Translations under genes and position numbers: made by a program | Sequence record: MT799840.1 | DNA: 64,000 nucleotides | Strand: one strand, 5' to 3' | Part shown: one piece after another, positions 37,836 through 46,666 of the stretch | How the letters are laid out: every line of letters starts with the position of its first letter | Numbering within the stretch: the first letter of the stretch is position 1 | The notes under the pieces: generated by a model | The model's database searches: none | Told to the model about the DNA's origin: nothing | What the model saw: the letters and a program-made list of their open reading frames with translations, nothing else

Positions 37836-39798
37836 GATCCAAGATCAGCGCCCGGGTAATGCCCGTCGCCCTAATCCCGACCAGCCAGCCCCTGTGGCGG
37901 CTGCTACCCAACAAGAGATGATTCTTCCGACCGTGTCCGATGACGCGAATCCGGATGCAATCATCATGGCTATTAAACAAGCCAACCCCGATTTTTCTTT
38001 TGCCCGTGCAGAGGAAGTTTATCACCAACACTATCATCGTCCGGAGCCTAAGCTTGAGCGTCCGACGTTTGTAGAAGAGGCGTTGCCTGAACCTGCTGCG
38101 CCTGTACCACCGGCACCTCAGACTTTTGCTGAACAGGTGCAGGAGCACCTACATCGTGCCCCGGAACCGGTGGTAGAGAAAGCGCCTGCGGTAGAACCTG
38201 CTCCGCAGCCAAAAGCTCCGGAAGCGGTTGCACCGGCACAGCCGGCTGTAAAAGAAATGGAAGACGCAGCACCGAAGGTTCCGGAACAACAACAGATGCG
38301 TGAGATTGACTTCGGTAATACCCATTTAGCTGAAACCGCCGAAATGGGTGAAGATGAAGCCGATCGAATTCTGACACAGTCGAAGATGTTGATTGGTCTG
38401 AAACAAGACCCTAACATCATTGCAGACTCCCTGCAAAAGTTCCTCGGTAATATTAAACGTTCACCGAAAGACGGCCGGCTGCTATTCGAAAGCCCTGAAC
38501 AGCAACAGGTTTACGACGACATCTATCGTGCTTTGAACATGACCCCGCCACGTCTACAGGACGGCGTACCGGCATTCGCGGGTGCACTGGACCGTGGTGA
38601 TACCGCTTGGGAACAGCGCGTGATGTTGCCGGACGGCAAGGCATCTGGTGCTATTGCACCGCGTGACAATATGCACACTGGCGCGCTGGCTGCTTTGCGT
38701 CGTGTACGTAAGTCGGGTATTCCGAACATGGTTTGGTTGCCGGCCACAGGTATCTACGTGGGCTTCCGCGCACCGCATGAACGTGACCTTTGTGACTTCG
38801 ACATGCGTCTAACGCTGGAAACTGCGACCATCGGTATGCAGACCTACGGATTGATGCTGTCGTCGTCTTCTGGCGTGTACATGCGCCACATGGTTGAATT
38901 CGCACTTCAGTTTGTTACCGAAGCAACCATCGATTGTGCGGGTAACGATCTGCGTACGGTGCTGTTGGATACCATTGATCTGGCTGACTACTGGCTGGTT
39001 ATTCTGGGTCCGTTGCAGGCGAAGTGGCCGTCTGGTATTCCATGGACGCTGATGTGTGGCGAAGACGGCTGCAACCAGCAGGAAGATGTGAAGCTGAATA
39101 TCGCACGCTGTATCCGTTTCGGTTCCGGTCTGTTTAGCGACCTGCAGAAACAACTGTGGGCACGTCAACGCGGTACTGAGCGTCCAGTGATTTCTATTGC
39201 AGAACAGCGCGAATATATCGCGGCGCATCAGGTTGACCCATCCTCGGTATTTGAATACCACGACGTGCGTGTTGAATTTGGCCGTTCTACCCTGGGTAGC
39301 TTCTTTGACTCCACTGAGAAGTGGATTGAAGACGTTAACGCGTCAACTACGGCAGCGCTGTCTGAATTTGCTACCGAGCGTGAACGTGAATCCCATATGC
39401 GTTTAACTGCAGAAGCCCGTCGCTTAACGCGCTACGCTCACATGGTGAAATCTATCACCGTTAATGAGCAACGTGAAGTAAACGGTGAAATGCAGGTTAT
39501 CCCACAAACTGAAACCGACACAGCGAAAATCGTTGAGATGCTGGAAGAGCTGTCTTCCGACCGCATCTACGTTGGTCAGTTTGAAAACGCGATTGCTGAA
39601 TACAACGAACGTACACGTTTAGCGGTATTCGGTTACATGGGTAAACGCTGCCCGGCGTGTGGTAAAACACACGGCGAGAAAGACGGTCTGTATCGCGGTA
39701 TTGTTACCATCAGTCCGGACAGGGTTTTTTTCGTGCTCTCTCGAGTGGTGTCCGAGATTCAGAAATTCTTGCTGGATCAATACGCCGATATTGGCTAG
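37828..39798 (+). CDS. Zn-finger protein, candidate tail/baseplate assembly chaperone
   Basis: Pro/Ala/Glu-rich N-terminus, then WLPATGIYVGFRAP, LMCGEDGC and KRCPACG, resembling T4 gp26/gp51-type chaperones. Ends just after a T7 run. Confidence 0.7.
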   Translation: MSEIQDQRPGNARRPNPDQPAPVAAATQQEMILPTVSDDANPDAIIMAIKQANPDFSFARAEEVYHQHYHRPEPKLERPTFVEEALPEPAAPVPPAPQTFAEQVQEHLHRAPEPVVEKAPAVEPAPQPKAPEAVAPAQPAVKEMEDAAPKVPEQQQMREIDFGNTHLAETAEMGEDEADRILTQSKMLIGLKQDPNIIADSLQKFLGNIKRSPKDGRLLFESPEQQQVYDDIYRALNMTPPRLQDGVPAFAGALDRGDTAWEQRVMLPDGKASGAIAPRDNMHTGALAALRRVRKSGIPNMVWLPATGIYVGFRAPHERDLCDFDMRLTLETATIGMQTYGLMLSSSSGVYMRHMVEFALQFVTEATIDCAGNDLRTVLLDTIDLADYWLVILGPLQAKWPSGIPWTLMCGEDGCNQQEDVKLNIARCIRFGSGLFSDLQKQLWARQRGTERPVISIAEQREYIAAHQVDPSSVFEYHDVRVEFGRSTLGSFFDSTEKWIEDVNASTTAALSEFATERERESHMRLTAEARRLTRYAHMVKSITVNEQREVNGEMQVIPQTETDTAKIVEMLEELSSDRIYVGQFENAIAEYNERTRLAVFGYMGKRCPACGKTHGEKDGLYRGIVTISPDRVFFVLSRVVSEIQKFLLDQYADIG

Positions 39799-39842
39799 AC
39801 CAGGAAGACGTTCCGTCCGAGCAAATCATTACAACGCTCAAG

Positions 39843-40214
39843 ATGGATACCACCTCTCTCTTCAAGCAGCGTAGCACACGTCCTATTACGTATCAGGAAG
39901 CCCATAACGAGCTTCTGGAAGCGTATGACCGTACACTGGCTCTTAATACCGGCGATCATCAGGTAGGGTTGTCGGATTTTGAAAACCCGGTATACGGTAG
40001 TCTTTACGATATCTGGTACGCCACTTACTTACGTGAAGAGGTCGGTGAAAACTACCGGATGTCGATAGACGAGTTCCTCGACCGCCCCCGCTGGCAGATA
40101 CTGCTGATGCTCGACAATATCCGTCGTCGCAAAGCGATTATCGCCAAAGCCGGCGAGCAGGTGGCAGGTGAACGTGCGTTAAAGGAGCTGGAGAAAGATC
40201 TGACGGGACATTAA
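39843..40214 (+). CDS. Small protein or -1 frameshift extension of the upstream ORF
   Basis: Frame is open from 39666, with no SD before ATG 39843. YRMSIDEFLDRPRWQ resembles the GT/gp51-type C-terminal chaperone motif. Confidence 0.7.
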   Translation: MDTTSLFKQRSTRPITYQEAHNELLEAYDRTLALNTGDHQVGLSDFENPVYGSLYDIWYATYLREEVGENYRMSIDEFLDRPRWQILLMLDNIRRRKAIIAKAGEQVAGERALKELEKDLTGH

Positions 40215-40222
40215 TAGAAATT

Positions 40223-40251
40223 CGGGGCTTCGGCCCCGTTTTCTTTTTTTT
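40223..40251 (+). terminator. Rho-independent terminator
   Basis: CGGGGC-TTCG-GCCCCG + T-tract. Confidence 0.85.
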
Positions 40252-40294
40252 ATTCGCCTTGGTATGAATGCCCTTTTCACTATGGAACAGAGCC

Positions 40295-41152
40295 ATGATT
40301 GATATTTATACCGACTATGCGGCTGTATTGACAGTCAACCGTCACGAAGGTCGTGCAGCACCGATGCTAGATTTAGTGACGCTCGGTATGGATTACGGTT
40401 ACGATGTGGCGTTATCCGATGTTTATAGCAACCCGTTGTCTGACCCCGCGGACGAAACTGTCCGTTTGGAATCCATTATCGTGAAGGTAGCGGTTGGATT
40501 AGGCAACCGCCTCGGTATCGGACTTAATCCACAAATCGTCTTCCAGAAACCGAAAGAAACCGTACGTATCCTTCACGGTGTGTTGGAAGCCTTCGAAGAG
40601 TTCGAAGACAGTGATGCCCTTTACGGGATTGTCTCCTCTGGTGAGACACCAGAGTATATCCTGGAGAACATGTGTCGTTATGTTTACGGTGACGAAAACC
40701 TGCACTTCGAAGACCTGATTACTGTTGTCAGCCCACGCGTGCTTACCGTGATGGAAAACTTCTTAGCGGCAGAGTCGTTGGAAAGCCAGAAACGAAACGG
40801 CGACGACGAGCGTCAACAGCGTATCGTCGCTTACTTGCGGTTGTTCCCTGAGAACCCGTCAGCGTTTGTCTTTATGAATCTGCCTGCTGAGCCAGACTTA
40901 ACGGTGGTGCAACAATCGTTAGAATTTCGCGTAGAGGACATTAGCGAAATTGATTTGCTGACGATGTATGCGGTAGGTTTATCGATTATTCCTCATGCGG
41001 AGTTTGACGGGGCTTACGGTGACTTAGAAAAGAACCTTGCCTTGTTGAATGTCGACAACGTCCCGCCTGGAGAAATCTTGCGGAAAGGATTGGAAGCGTT
41101 GAAAGTCATATACGCTAGTGGGGACGCGGAGGTAGATGATGAACAAGATTGA
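40295..41152 (+). CDS. Conserved protein preceding the virion RNAP subunit (probably virion)
   Basis: Start likely MIDIYTD. TATG motif at 40263. Confidence 0.7.
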   Translation: MIDIYTDYAAVLTVNRHEGRAAPMLDLVTLGMDYGYDVALSDVYSNPLSDPADETVRLESIIVKVAVGLGNRLGIGLNPQIVFQKPKETVRILHGVLEAFEEFEDSDALYGIVSSGETPEYILENMCRYVYGDENLHFEDLITVVSPRVLTVMENFLAAESLESQKRNGDDERQQRIVAYLRLFPENPSAFVFMNLPAEPDLTVVQQSLEFRVEDISEIDLLTMYAVGLSIIPHAEFDGAYGDLEKNLALLNVDNVPPGEILRKGLEALKVIYASGDAEVDDEQD

Positions 41153-42434
41153 TTATCTGGTTGCTGCGTGTAAAGCAGAAGCTTGGCGTAGACTGGTGTG
41201 GCGTATTGCGGTTTTCAACGTGGCCATCTTTAATGAAAAAGGTGAGCCACCTGAGCAATATGACCTGAACTATATTGACGGCTTGGCCCACTATTGGGAA
41301 AACGAAGAAACCAAGTGGGTGCCGATTGAAGGGTGCAAAAAAGATGAAGAGCTGTTCGTGCCGGAAGAGCAGTTTGAATTGCGTCCTGAGATGTACCCAG
41401 GTTTAGCTGGTCCCATTCCGACTACCGTGGGTCGCTATGTCTTTAACTGGATTGCCATCTATTACGCTTTCGGTACCCGTCTCCCGTATCTGGCAGAGTC
41501 TCGTGACCCACTAGCCTACCGTAAAGAGATGTATGAGCGTTGTGTGGAATATGATGACAGCGATCCAGACAACGAAGACGCGATTCGACCGTACATGATA
41601 GGACGCTTTGTAGGGGGTCTACACGAGCTTGCTCCGTTGTGTCGTGGGATTGCCCCAACAGGAACTATTAGAAGCCTTACAACGCATCCTGATGCGTATA
41701 AGGTGCGTGATGCGTTGCTGTTGAAGCACAAAGACGAACTGGATAATCCTGCGGTTATCGTTATGATTGAAAAAGCTCTCGACGAACTTGATAAAGAGTG
41801 GTTGAGTGGCGACCAGTCCGTTGAGTTCTACAGCTCTCCTAAAGCGCGTATGCGTCGCCGTAAGCTGATGCTGATGTATGGTATTCAGACCGCTTTTAAA
41901 GAAGGTGCAGATTTTACCTTAATCCCAACGAGCCTGATGGAAGTTGATCAGACCGGGATGAAGTATCTGGTAGAGAAATTCAATGATACGCGAGAAGGTT
42001 CCTTCATGCGTGGTGCAGAAACTGCCAAGGGCGGGGAGCAAGTACGTATCATCCAGATGATCTTCCAGAACCACAAAATCGTGCCTGGTGATTGCGGGAC
42101 AAAACTGACACATGCAGTTGTAATTAACCAGTATAACTACAAGCGTTATGTTGGCATGAACGCGATGGTTAACGGTAAAGTTACCCAACTCACCGAAGAG
42201 TATTTGAAAACACAATTTGGTAAAGTTGTTCGACTCCGCCGACCCATCTTATGTCAGCAAGGTCACGTAGACTGTTGTGCGGCGTGCTCCTCTGCACACA
42301 AAGCAGAAGAGCCACGGGCAATCGCTGCGGATATCTCTTCCGGCTTCTCGAACGTTATGACCACTGCAATGGGTGCGATGCACGGTCGTGAAACCGTGGT
42401 TAAAGAGTACATCCCTAAATTCCACATCACCTAA
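41136..42434 (+). CDS. Virion RNAP beta-prime middle subunit (phiKZ gp80-like)
   Basis: TREGSFMRGAETAKGG (bridge-helix region), GDCGT, and LRRPILC..DCCAAC Zn site. Confidence 0.85.
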   Translation: MMNKIDYLVAACKAEAWRRLVWRIAVFNVAIFNEKGEPPEQYDLNYIDGLAHYWENEETKWVPIEGCKKDEELFVPEEQFELRPEMYPGLAGPIPTTVGRYVFNWIAIYYAFGTRLPYLAESRDPLAYRKEMYERCVEYDDSDPDNEDAIRPYMIGRFVGGLHELAPLCRGIAPTGTIRSLTTHPDAYKVRDALLLKHKDELDNPAVIVMIEKALDELDKEWLSGDQSVEFYSSPKARMRRRKLMLMYGIQTAFKEGADFTLIPTSLMEVDQTGMKYLVEKFNDTREGSFMRGAETAKGGEQVRIIQMIFQNHKIVPGDCGTKLTHAVVINQYNYKRYVGMNAMVNGKVTQLTEEYLKTQFGKVVRLRRPILCQQGHVDCCAACSSAHKAEEPRAIAADISSGFSNVMTTAMGAMHGRETVVKEYIPKFHIT

Positions 42435-42447
42435 GGATTGTTTCCTC

Positions 42448-42948
42448 ATGACTAAGAAAGACACTACTACCCTTGACCCGCGTACAGAAGGCGTGGTCCG
42501 TGATAGCGCTTCTTACAGCAACGACGACCAATATCGTGTTAAACTGATCACCACGATGCTCGATGAAGCAGGTAACAATGCCGGTCCACGCAAAGCATCT
42601 GGTACCCAGGCTGAGAAAGATGCGTATAATAAGCTGCATCACTCTTTCCGTGAGCTGTTTAAACTGCGCGGTCAGGCCTTCCTGGACGGTTTCTACGCCT
42701 TCGTAGAAGCGGCTAATAAGCATCGTAACGGTATTTTCTACGCACCGGCTGCTAATAACCGTATCAGTGAGAACTTCCCGAATCGTGACGAGCGTGAAGT
42801 CTTCGTTATCTTTATTAACATGCTGATTCGTTACGCACGTTGCGCCGATAAAGGCCGTTTCCGTGATACCAACGATGTTGACCGTCTGGCTCGTCGCCTG
42901 AACGACCCGGACCTGCGTTCGCTGGTTATGCACGCCTTTGGCGGTTAA
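42448..42948 (+). CDS. Conserved hypothetical protein
   Basis: Start at MTKKDTT (AAGGA RBS); strong codon bias. Confidence 0.75.
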   Translation: MTKKDTTTLDPRTEGVVRDSASYSNDDQYRVKLITTMLDEAGNNAGPRKASGTQAEKDAYNKLHHSFRELFKLRGQAFLDGFYAFVEAANKHRNGIFYAPAANNRISENFPNRDEREVFVIFINMLIRYARCADKGRFRDTNDVDRLARRLNDPDLRSLVMHAFGG

Positions 42949-42957
42949 ATAAAAGTA

Positions 42958-42996
42958 CCTCTCTACCCTAGGGTAGAGAGGCCTTTCTTTTTTTTT
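42958..42996. terminator. Terminator between convergent genes
   Basis: CCTCTCTACCC-TA-GGGTAGAGAGG + T-tract. Confidence 0.8.
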
Positions 42997-42999
42997 GTT

Positions 43000-44784
43000 T
43001 TAGAACCCGCAGATGTACTCCATAGGCTCTGTCACTACTTCCCCTTGCTTACGTAAGAACGTAGACAGGACAGTGTCTTTGTCCGGTAAGCAGAAGAAGT
43101 CTGTCGCTATTTCCATGGCATTAACTCGCCCAGCAGTTAAGTTGACGCCCGTGCGACGTCGAATCTCTTCACTAACCCCATTGATGGACAGCAGTTCAAT
43201 GAGTGTGGTCTCACGAGACTGGTTCATCATGTTTGTGGCCGAAGGGTAGGCCTGGGTTAAGTCCGCATCCGCAGTTTGACCACGGAACGCAGAGTAATAT
43301 TCGTCAATCTCCTCCAGAATGTTATTCAGACCGTTCTCAGCATTCATACATGCTGTCAGGGTAACAATCCAACCGTCAGTACCGATAACTTCTTCATCGT
43401 AATCGTTACGCATTGCAGACCCTACGGAACCGATGACGTATCCTTTGTCATACAGATAATAGGTAAAGGCCACGCAGATACGTTTTGGTAGCGACGGGAA
43501 GATATCGTACATCGAGAAACCTGCCAGTATGGATATTGCCGAAGACAAATCGTTCGTCTTCTTATCCAACAACACGATTAACAAGTTATCCATCATGTTG
43601 TATACGGCATATTCGGCAGGGTAGTCCCGTTGCGCTTTTATGTGCCATTGCAGGTTATCTTCATACGGCAGTCCAGGAATGTCGAGTTTGTGTAAACCGA
43701 GTTCGGTGTACAGTATGGCAGATAACTTGTACGAAGGACGTTGGCCTTCGTGGACACGCAACGAACGGAATAACACCATGGCATCCACACAGTAGAAAGA
43801 CGCAGTACAGTAGAGTACGTGCCACTGTTGTGACGGTGCTTTGGTGAGTGACTTGGATTCTGTCTTTTTGTTCGCCTGGTCTTCTTTAAACCACAGACGA
43901 CGGTATTTCTCCGGCACATCCGGATGGTTAAAGACGCCCAGTGGATCGATGCCTTCTTTCTGCAAGGTTTCTAACATGCGTGAAATATCGAACTGGTGGT
44001 TCCATGCGACCAGTAAATCAGGAAGACGCGGATGTATTTCTTCGAACATCCTGACGATGCACTGCCCTGCTGTAGCGCAGGTATAGGTGAAGATTTTATA
44101 ACCACTGATAATGTCTTTGGTCTTTGTCACCTTTTCGCCAGTCTTTTTGTCTTTCTCATCGAATTCGATTTTGCTTAAGAGTTCCTGCGCTTTTTTGAGA
44201 ATGACTTCTTCCGCGTTTTTACCGATGCGGTCCATGTAGTTCTTAGCACCAAAGAAATGGATTTCGTCGTCTAAGATAAATGACACGATCCACGGTTCCT
44301 TCGTGCCGTCCATTTCGTTGGTCTCTACGTCGTATACACAAAGACGGTTAGGACTGATGTTGTTTGGCCAACGCTTTAAGTATTTCTGTTTAATCCAGCT
44401 GGTAATCGGTAAGTCGGCCCAATAAACGTACGGGCTAGTACAAACACGCCTCAGGTTCTTTTTCGGGTCAGGGAAACGTGCACCTAAACCCATCTGCAAC
44501 GTCTTCGCCATCTGCGCATCAGTAGTCCAGAGTTCTTGACATTTTCCTTTTTCTTCGAACTCTTTTTTCTCCTGGTGGTTACGATATTCTTCACGGGTAA
44601 CGTACACCGGACGCTTTAAATTCTCACGCATTACCAAGCGCGGGATAAGCCTGCCATCCTTAGTATGGATGACCTCTTTGATGAGGACAAAGTCATTTTC
44701 TTTTTCTTCGTCCGTCGCATAAGCGACGTGCTTGCACTCTTTAGCGATGACATCCTCGGGTGCGTAATAGGTATTGATTTCCAT
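43000..44784 (-). CDS. Family B DNA polymerase, N-terminal subunit (3'-5' exonuclease + motif A; phiKZ gp82-like)
   Basis: ExoI VYDVET, ExoII AWNHQFD, ExoIII YNMMD, and motif A DADLTQAYPS. Confidence 0.85.
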   Translation of the reverse strand: MEINTYYAPEDVIAKECKHVAYATDEEKENDFVLIKEVIHTKDGRLIPRLVMRENLKRPVYVTREEYRNHQEKKEFEEKGKCQELWTTDAQMAKTLQMGLGARFPDPKKNLRRVCTSPYVYWADLPITSWIKQKYLKRWPNNISPNRLCVYDVETNEMDGTKEPWIVSFILDDEIHFFGAKNYMDRIGKNAEEVILKKAQELLSKIEFDEKDKKTGEKVTKTKDIISGYKIFTYTCATAGQCIVRMFEEIHPRLPDLLVAWNHQFDISRMLETLQKEGIDPLGVFNHPDVPEKYRRLWFKEDQANKKTESKSLTKAPSQQWHVLYCTASFYCVDAMVLFRSLRVHEGQRPSYKLSAILYTELGLHKLDIPGLPYEDNLQWHIKAQRDYPAEYAVYNMMDNLLIVLLDKKTNDLSSAISILAGFSMYDIFPSLPKRICVAFTYYLYDKGYVIGSVGSAMRNDYDEEVIGTDGWIVTLTACMNAENGLNNILEEIDEYYSAFRGQTADADLTQAYPSATNMMNQSRETTLIELLSINGVSEEIRRRTGVNLTAGRVNAMEIATDFFCLPDKDTVLSTFLRKQGEVVTEPMEYICGF

Positions 44785-44854
44785 GGTCTACTCTCAAATA
44801 TGGTGTCTGCTATACTGATTTGTGGGTAACGTATTTTCTAAAAGGAACGTCTAA

Positions 44855-46207
44855 ATGGGACACTGGCAAAAGCACATAACCTCGTTGGCCGACGCGAAAG
44901 CCGTGGCCTCGGAGTCCATCGGATTCCAAGATAAAAAGAAACTCGCCTCTTTGGCGGAAGTGGTACGTAAGTTCCGTGATGCGGGCGACTTCTCGCCAGC
45001 GGGTTATCAGAGTTCTGGTATTGCTGCCTGGGTCTTTGACAACAACGGTATTACAGTCCTGCCTCGTAACGGGTCCGACTTAGGTGTGGCGGACGTTGTG
45101 TTTGCGGGTGTGGAGCCACCGAAGCTCGACGCGAACAACCCAATCATCTCCGACCTGCAACGCAAGATGGTGCAGGGTAACACCGACCTGGATGCCTACA
45201 GTAAGTTCTTAAAAGAGAACGAGCTGAACGGCGAGTTCGACGATAAAAATGCGAAGCTTTCAGGCGAACTCAGCAAGGTGCCGTCCCCACTTTGGCTGAC
45301 CCCGAAACTACTGACCGGTATCGAGTTAACGGATTTAGAAGTTGCGGCGATTATTCTACATGAAGTCGGCCACGTCTATTACTATTTCCGTACCTTGATG
45401 CGTACGGTGGTAACGAACCTGATTGCGGATGCTGCAGCGAACCGCATGATGCAAACAGAAGACCCGACAGTGCGTTTAAAAGTCGTAAAAGACGTTGAAC
45501 GTATGCTGAACACCAAAGTGAATCAGCCGGAAACTATCTGCAAAGAGATGTCTAAAGAGAACATCTACATGCATCTGGTGACAGACATTCTGCTTGAGCG
45601 TCCGTTTGTTACCGGTTCGGAAGGGTTCGCTAACCGTACCTGGGAACGTGCTGCAGATGACTTCGCAGCTCGCTTTGGTGCAGCCCCGTACCTGGCGTCA
45701 GCCTTGTACAAAATCGAAACGTCCCAATTCTATCTCTGCCGGAACGCGTCGTACATGAACTACGGTGTGCATCTGATGCTGGAGATGCTTAACGTCTCGC
45801 TGCTGATTGTGGCTTCGACTAACCCAATTGGTCTGTTCTTCACGACTATCTCCGTGGCGTTCGGTCTGATTGTGAACGACCCACGCAACACCATATACGA
45901 TCCGCCGCAGGAACGTTTTGAGACGATGCGTCGTAACTTAGTGGAGGAGCTGAACACCTTAAAAGGCAGTACCACGAAAGAAGCGAACGAACATCGTAAA
46001 CGTATTCTGCAGGGCATTGCGTCTATCGACGAATTGCTGAAAACCGTGAAAGACAAAGACAATGTCTTTAGCTTCATCATGAAAACGCTGACCCCTGGTG
46101 GTCGCCGTGAGCGTGCTGGGGTGGATTATCAGCGTACGATGGAGCGCTATCTTTCTAATGACCTGCGTGTGGCTTCTGCGAAGCTTAGTCAGGCGACTTC
46201 TTCCTAA
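44855..46207 (+). CDS. Virion (head) protein with HExxH zincin motif
   Basis: ILHEVGH, ERAADDFA, a hydrophobic hairpin and an ASE prohead-protease-type site. Matches the recalled SPN3US gp45 position. Confidence 0.75.
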   Translation: MGHWQKHITSLADAKAVASESIGFQDKKKLASLAEVVRKFRDAGDFSPAGYQSSGIAAWVFDNNGITVLPRNGSDLGVADVVFAGVEPPKLDANNPIISDLQRKMVQGNTDLDAYSKFLKENELNGEFDDKNAKLSGELSKVPSPLWLTPKLLTGIELTDLEVAAIILHEVGHVYYYFRTLMRTVVTNLIADAAANRMMQTEDPTVRLKVVKDVERMLNTKVNQPETICKEMSKENIYMHLVTDILLERPFVTGSEGFANRTWERAADDFAARFGAAPYLASALYKIETSQFYLCRNASYMNYGVHLMLEMLNVSLLIVASTNPIGLFFTTISVAFGLIVNDPRNTIYDPPQERFETMRRNLVEELNTLKGSTTKEANEHRKRILQGIASIDELLKTVKDKDNVFSFIMKTLTPGGRRERAGVDYQRTMERYLSNDLRVASAKLSQATSS

Positions 46208-46222
46208 GTAAGGGTACTTAAC

Positions 46223-46666
46223 ATGACGCATAAAGTTTCTTTAAATAACCTGGTACTGGATTTCAAACGTACCAACGAAGGGAAAGGTGTACACGCCCAG
46301 CGTGCTTTGACCGGCCTGGTTGCTTTCTCACTGGCGTATAACGCGGTACTGGCTGATAATGGTCAATATGGCGCTGCAGAGGCCGCTGGGACGTTTTTAC
46401 GTCCGGTAATGCGTAATATCGTCTCTGACGTTAACGAGCTGTACTGTGTTGATTTGGGCGTGATTGAGGACATGACCGTGGGTCTGTACTGCAATCGTTA
46501 CTGCAACGTGTATGGCGGCGCTAAAGCCCTGGAAAGTTTCTCAGTTCGTGAGATTTTCAACCAGGCGCTCGGGGAAGATATCTGGGAAACCGTCGGTCTG
46601 TGGATTAGCCGCTTTATGGAAGTGGTTGGTTTCTACATGGCAGAACTGAAAGGGCAGATTTCATGA
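46223..46666 (+). CDS. Probable virion protein
   Basis: 147-aa ORF in the head-protein operon. Confidence 0.7.
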   Translation: MTHKVSLNNLVLDFKRTNEGKGVHAQRALTGLVAFSLAYNAVLADNGQYGAAEAAGTFLRPVMRNIVSDVNELYCVDLGVIEDMTVGLYCNRYCNVYGGAKALESFSVREIFNQALGEDIWETVGLWISRFMEVVGFYMAELKGQIS

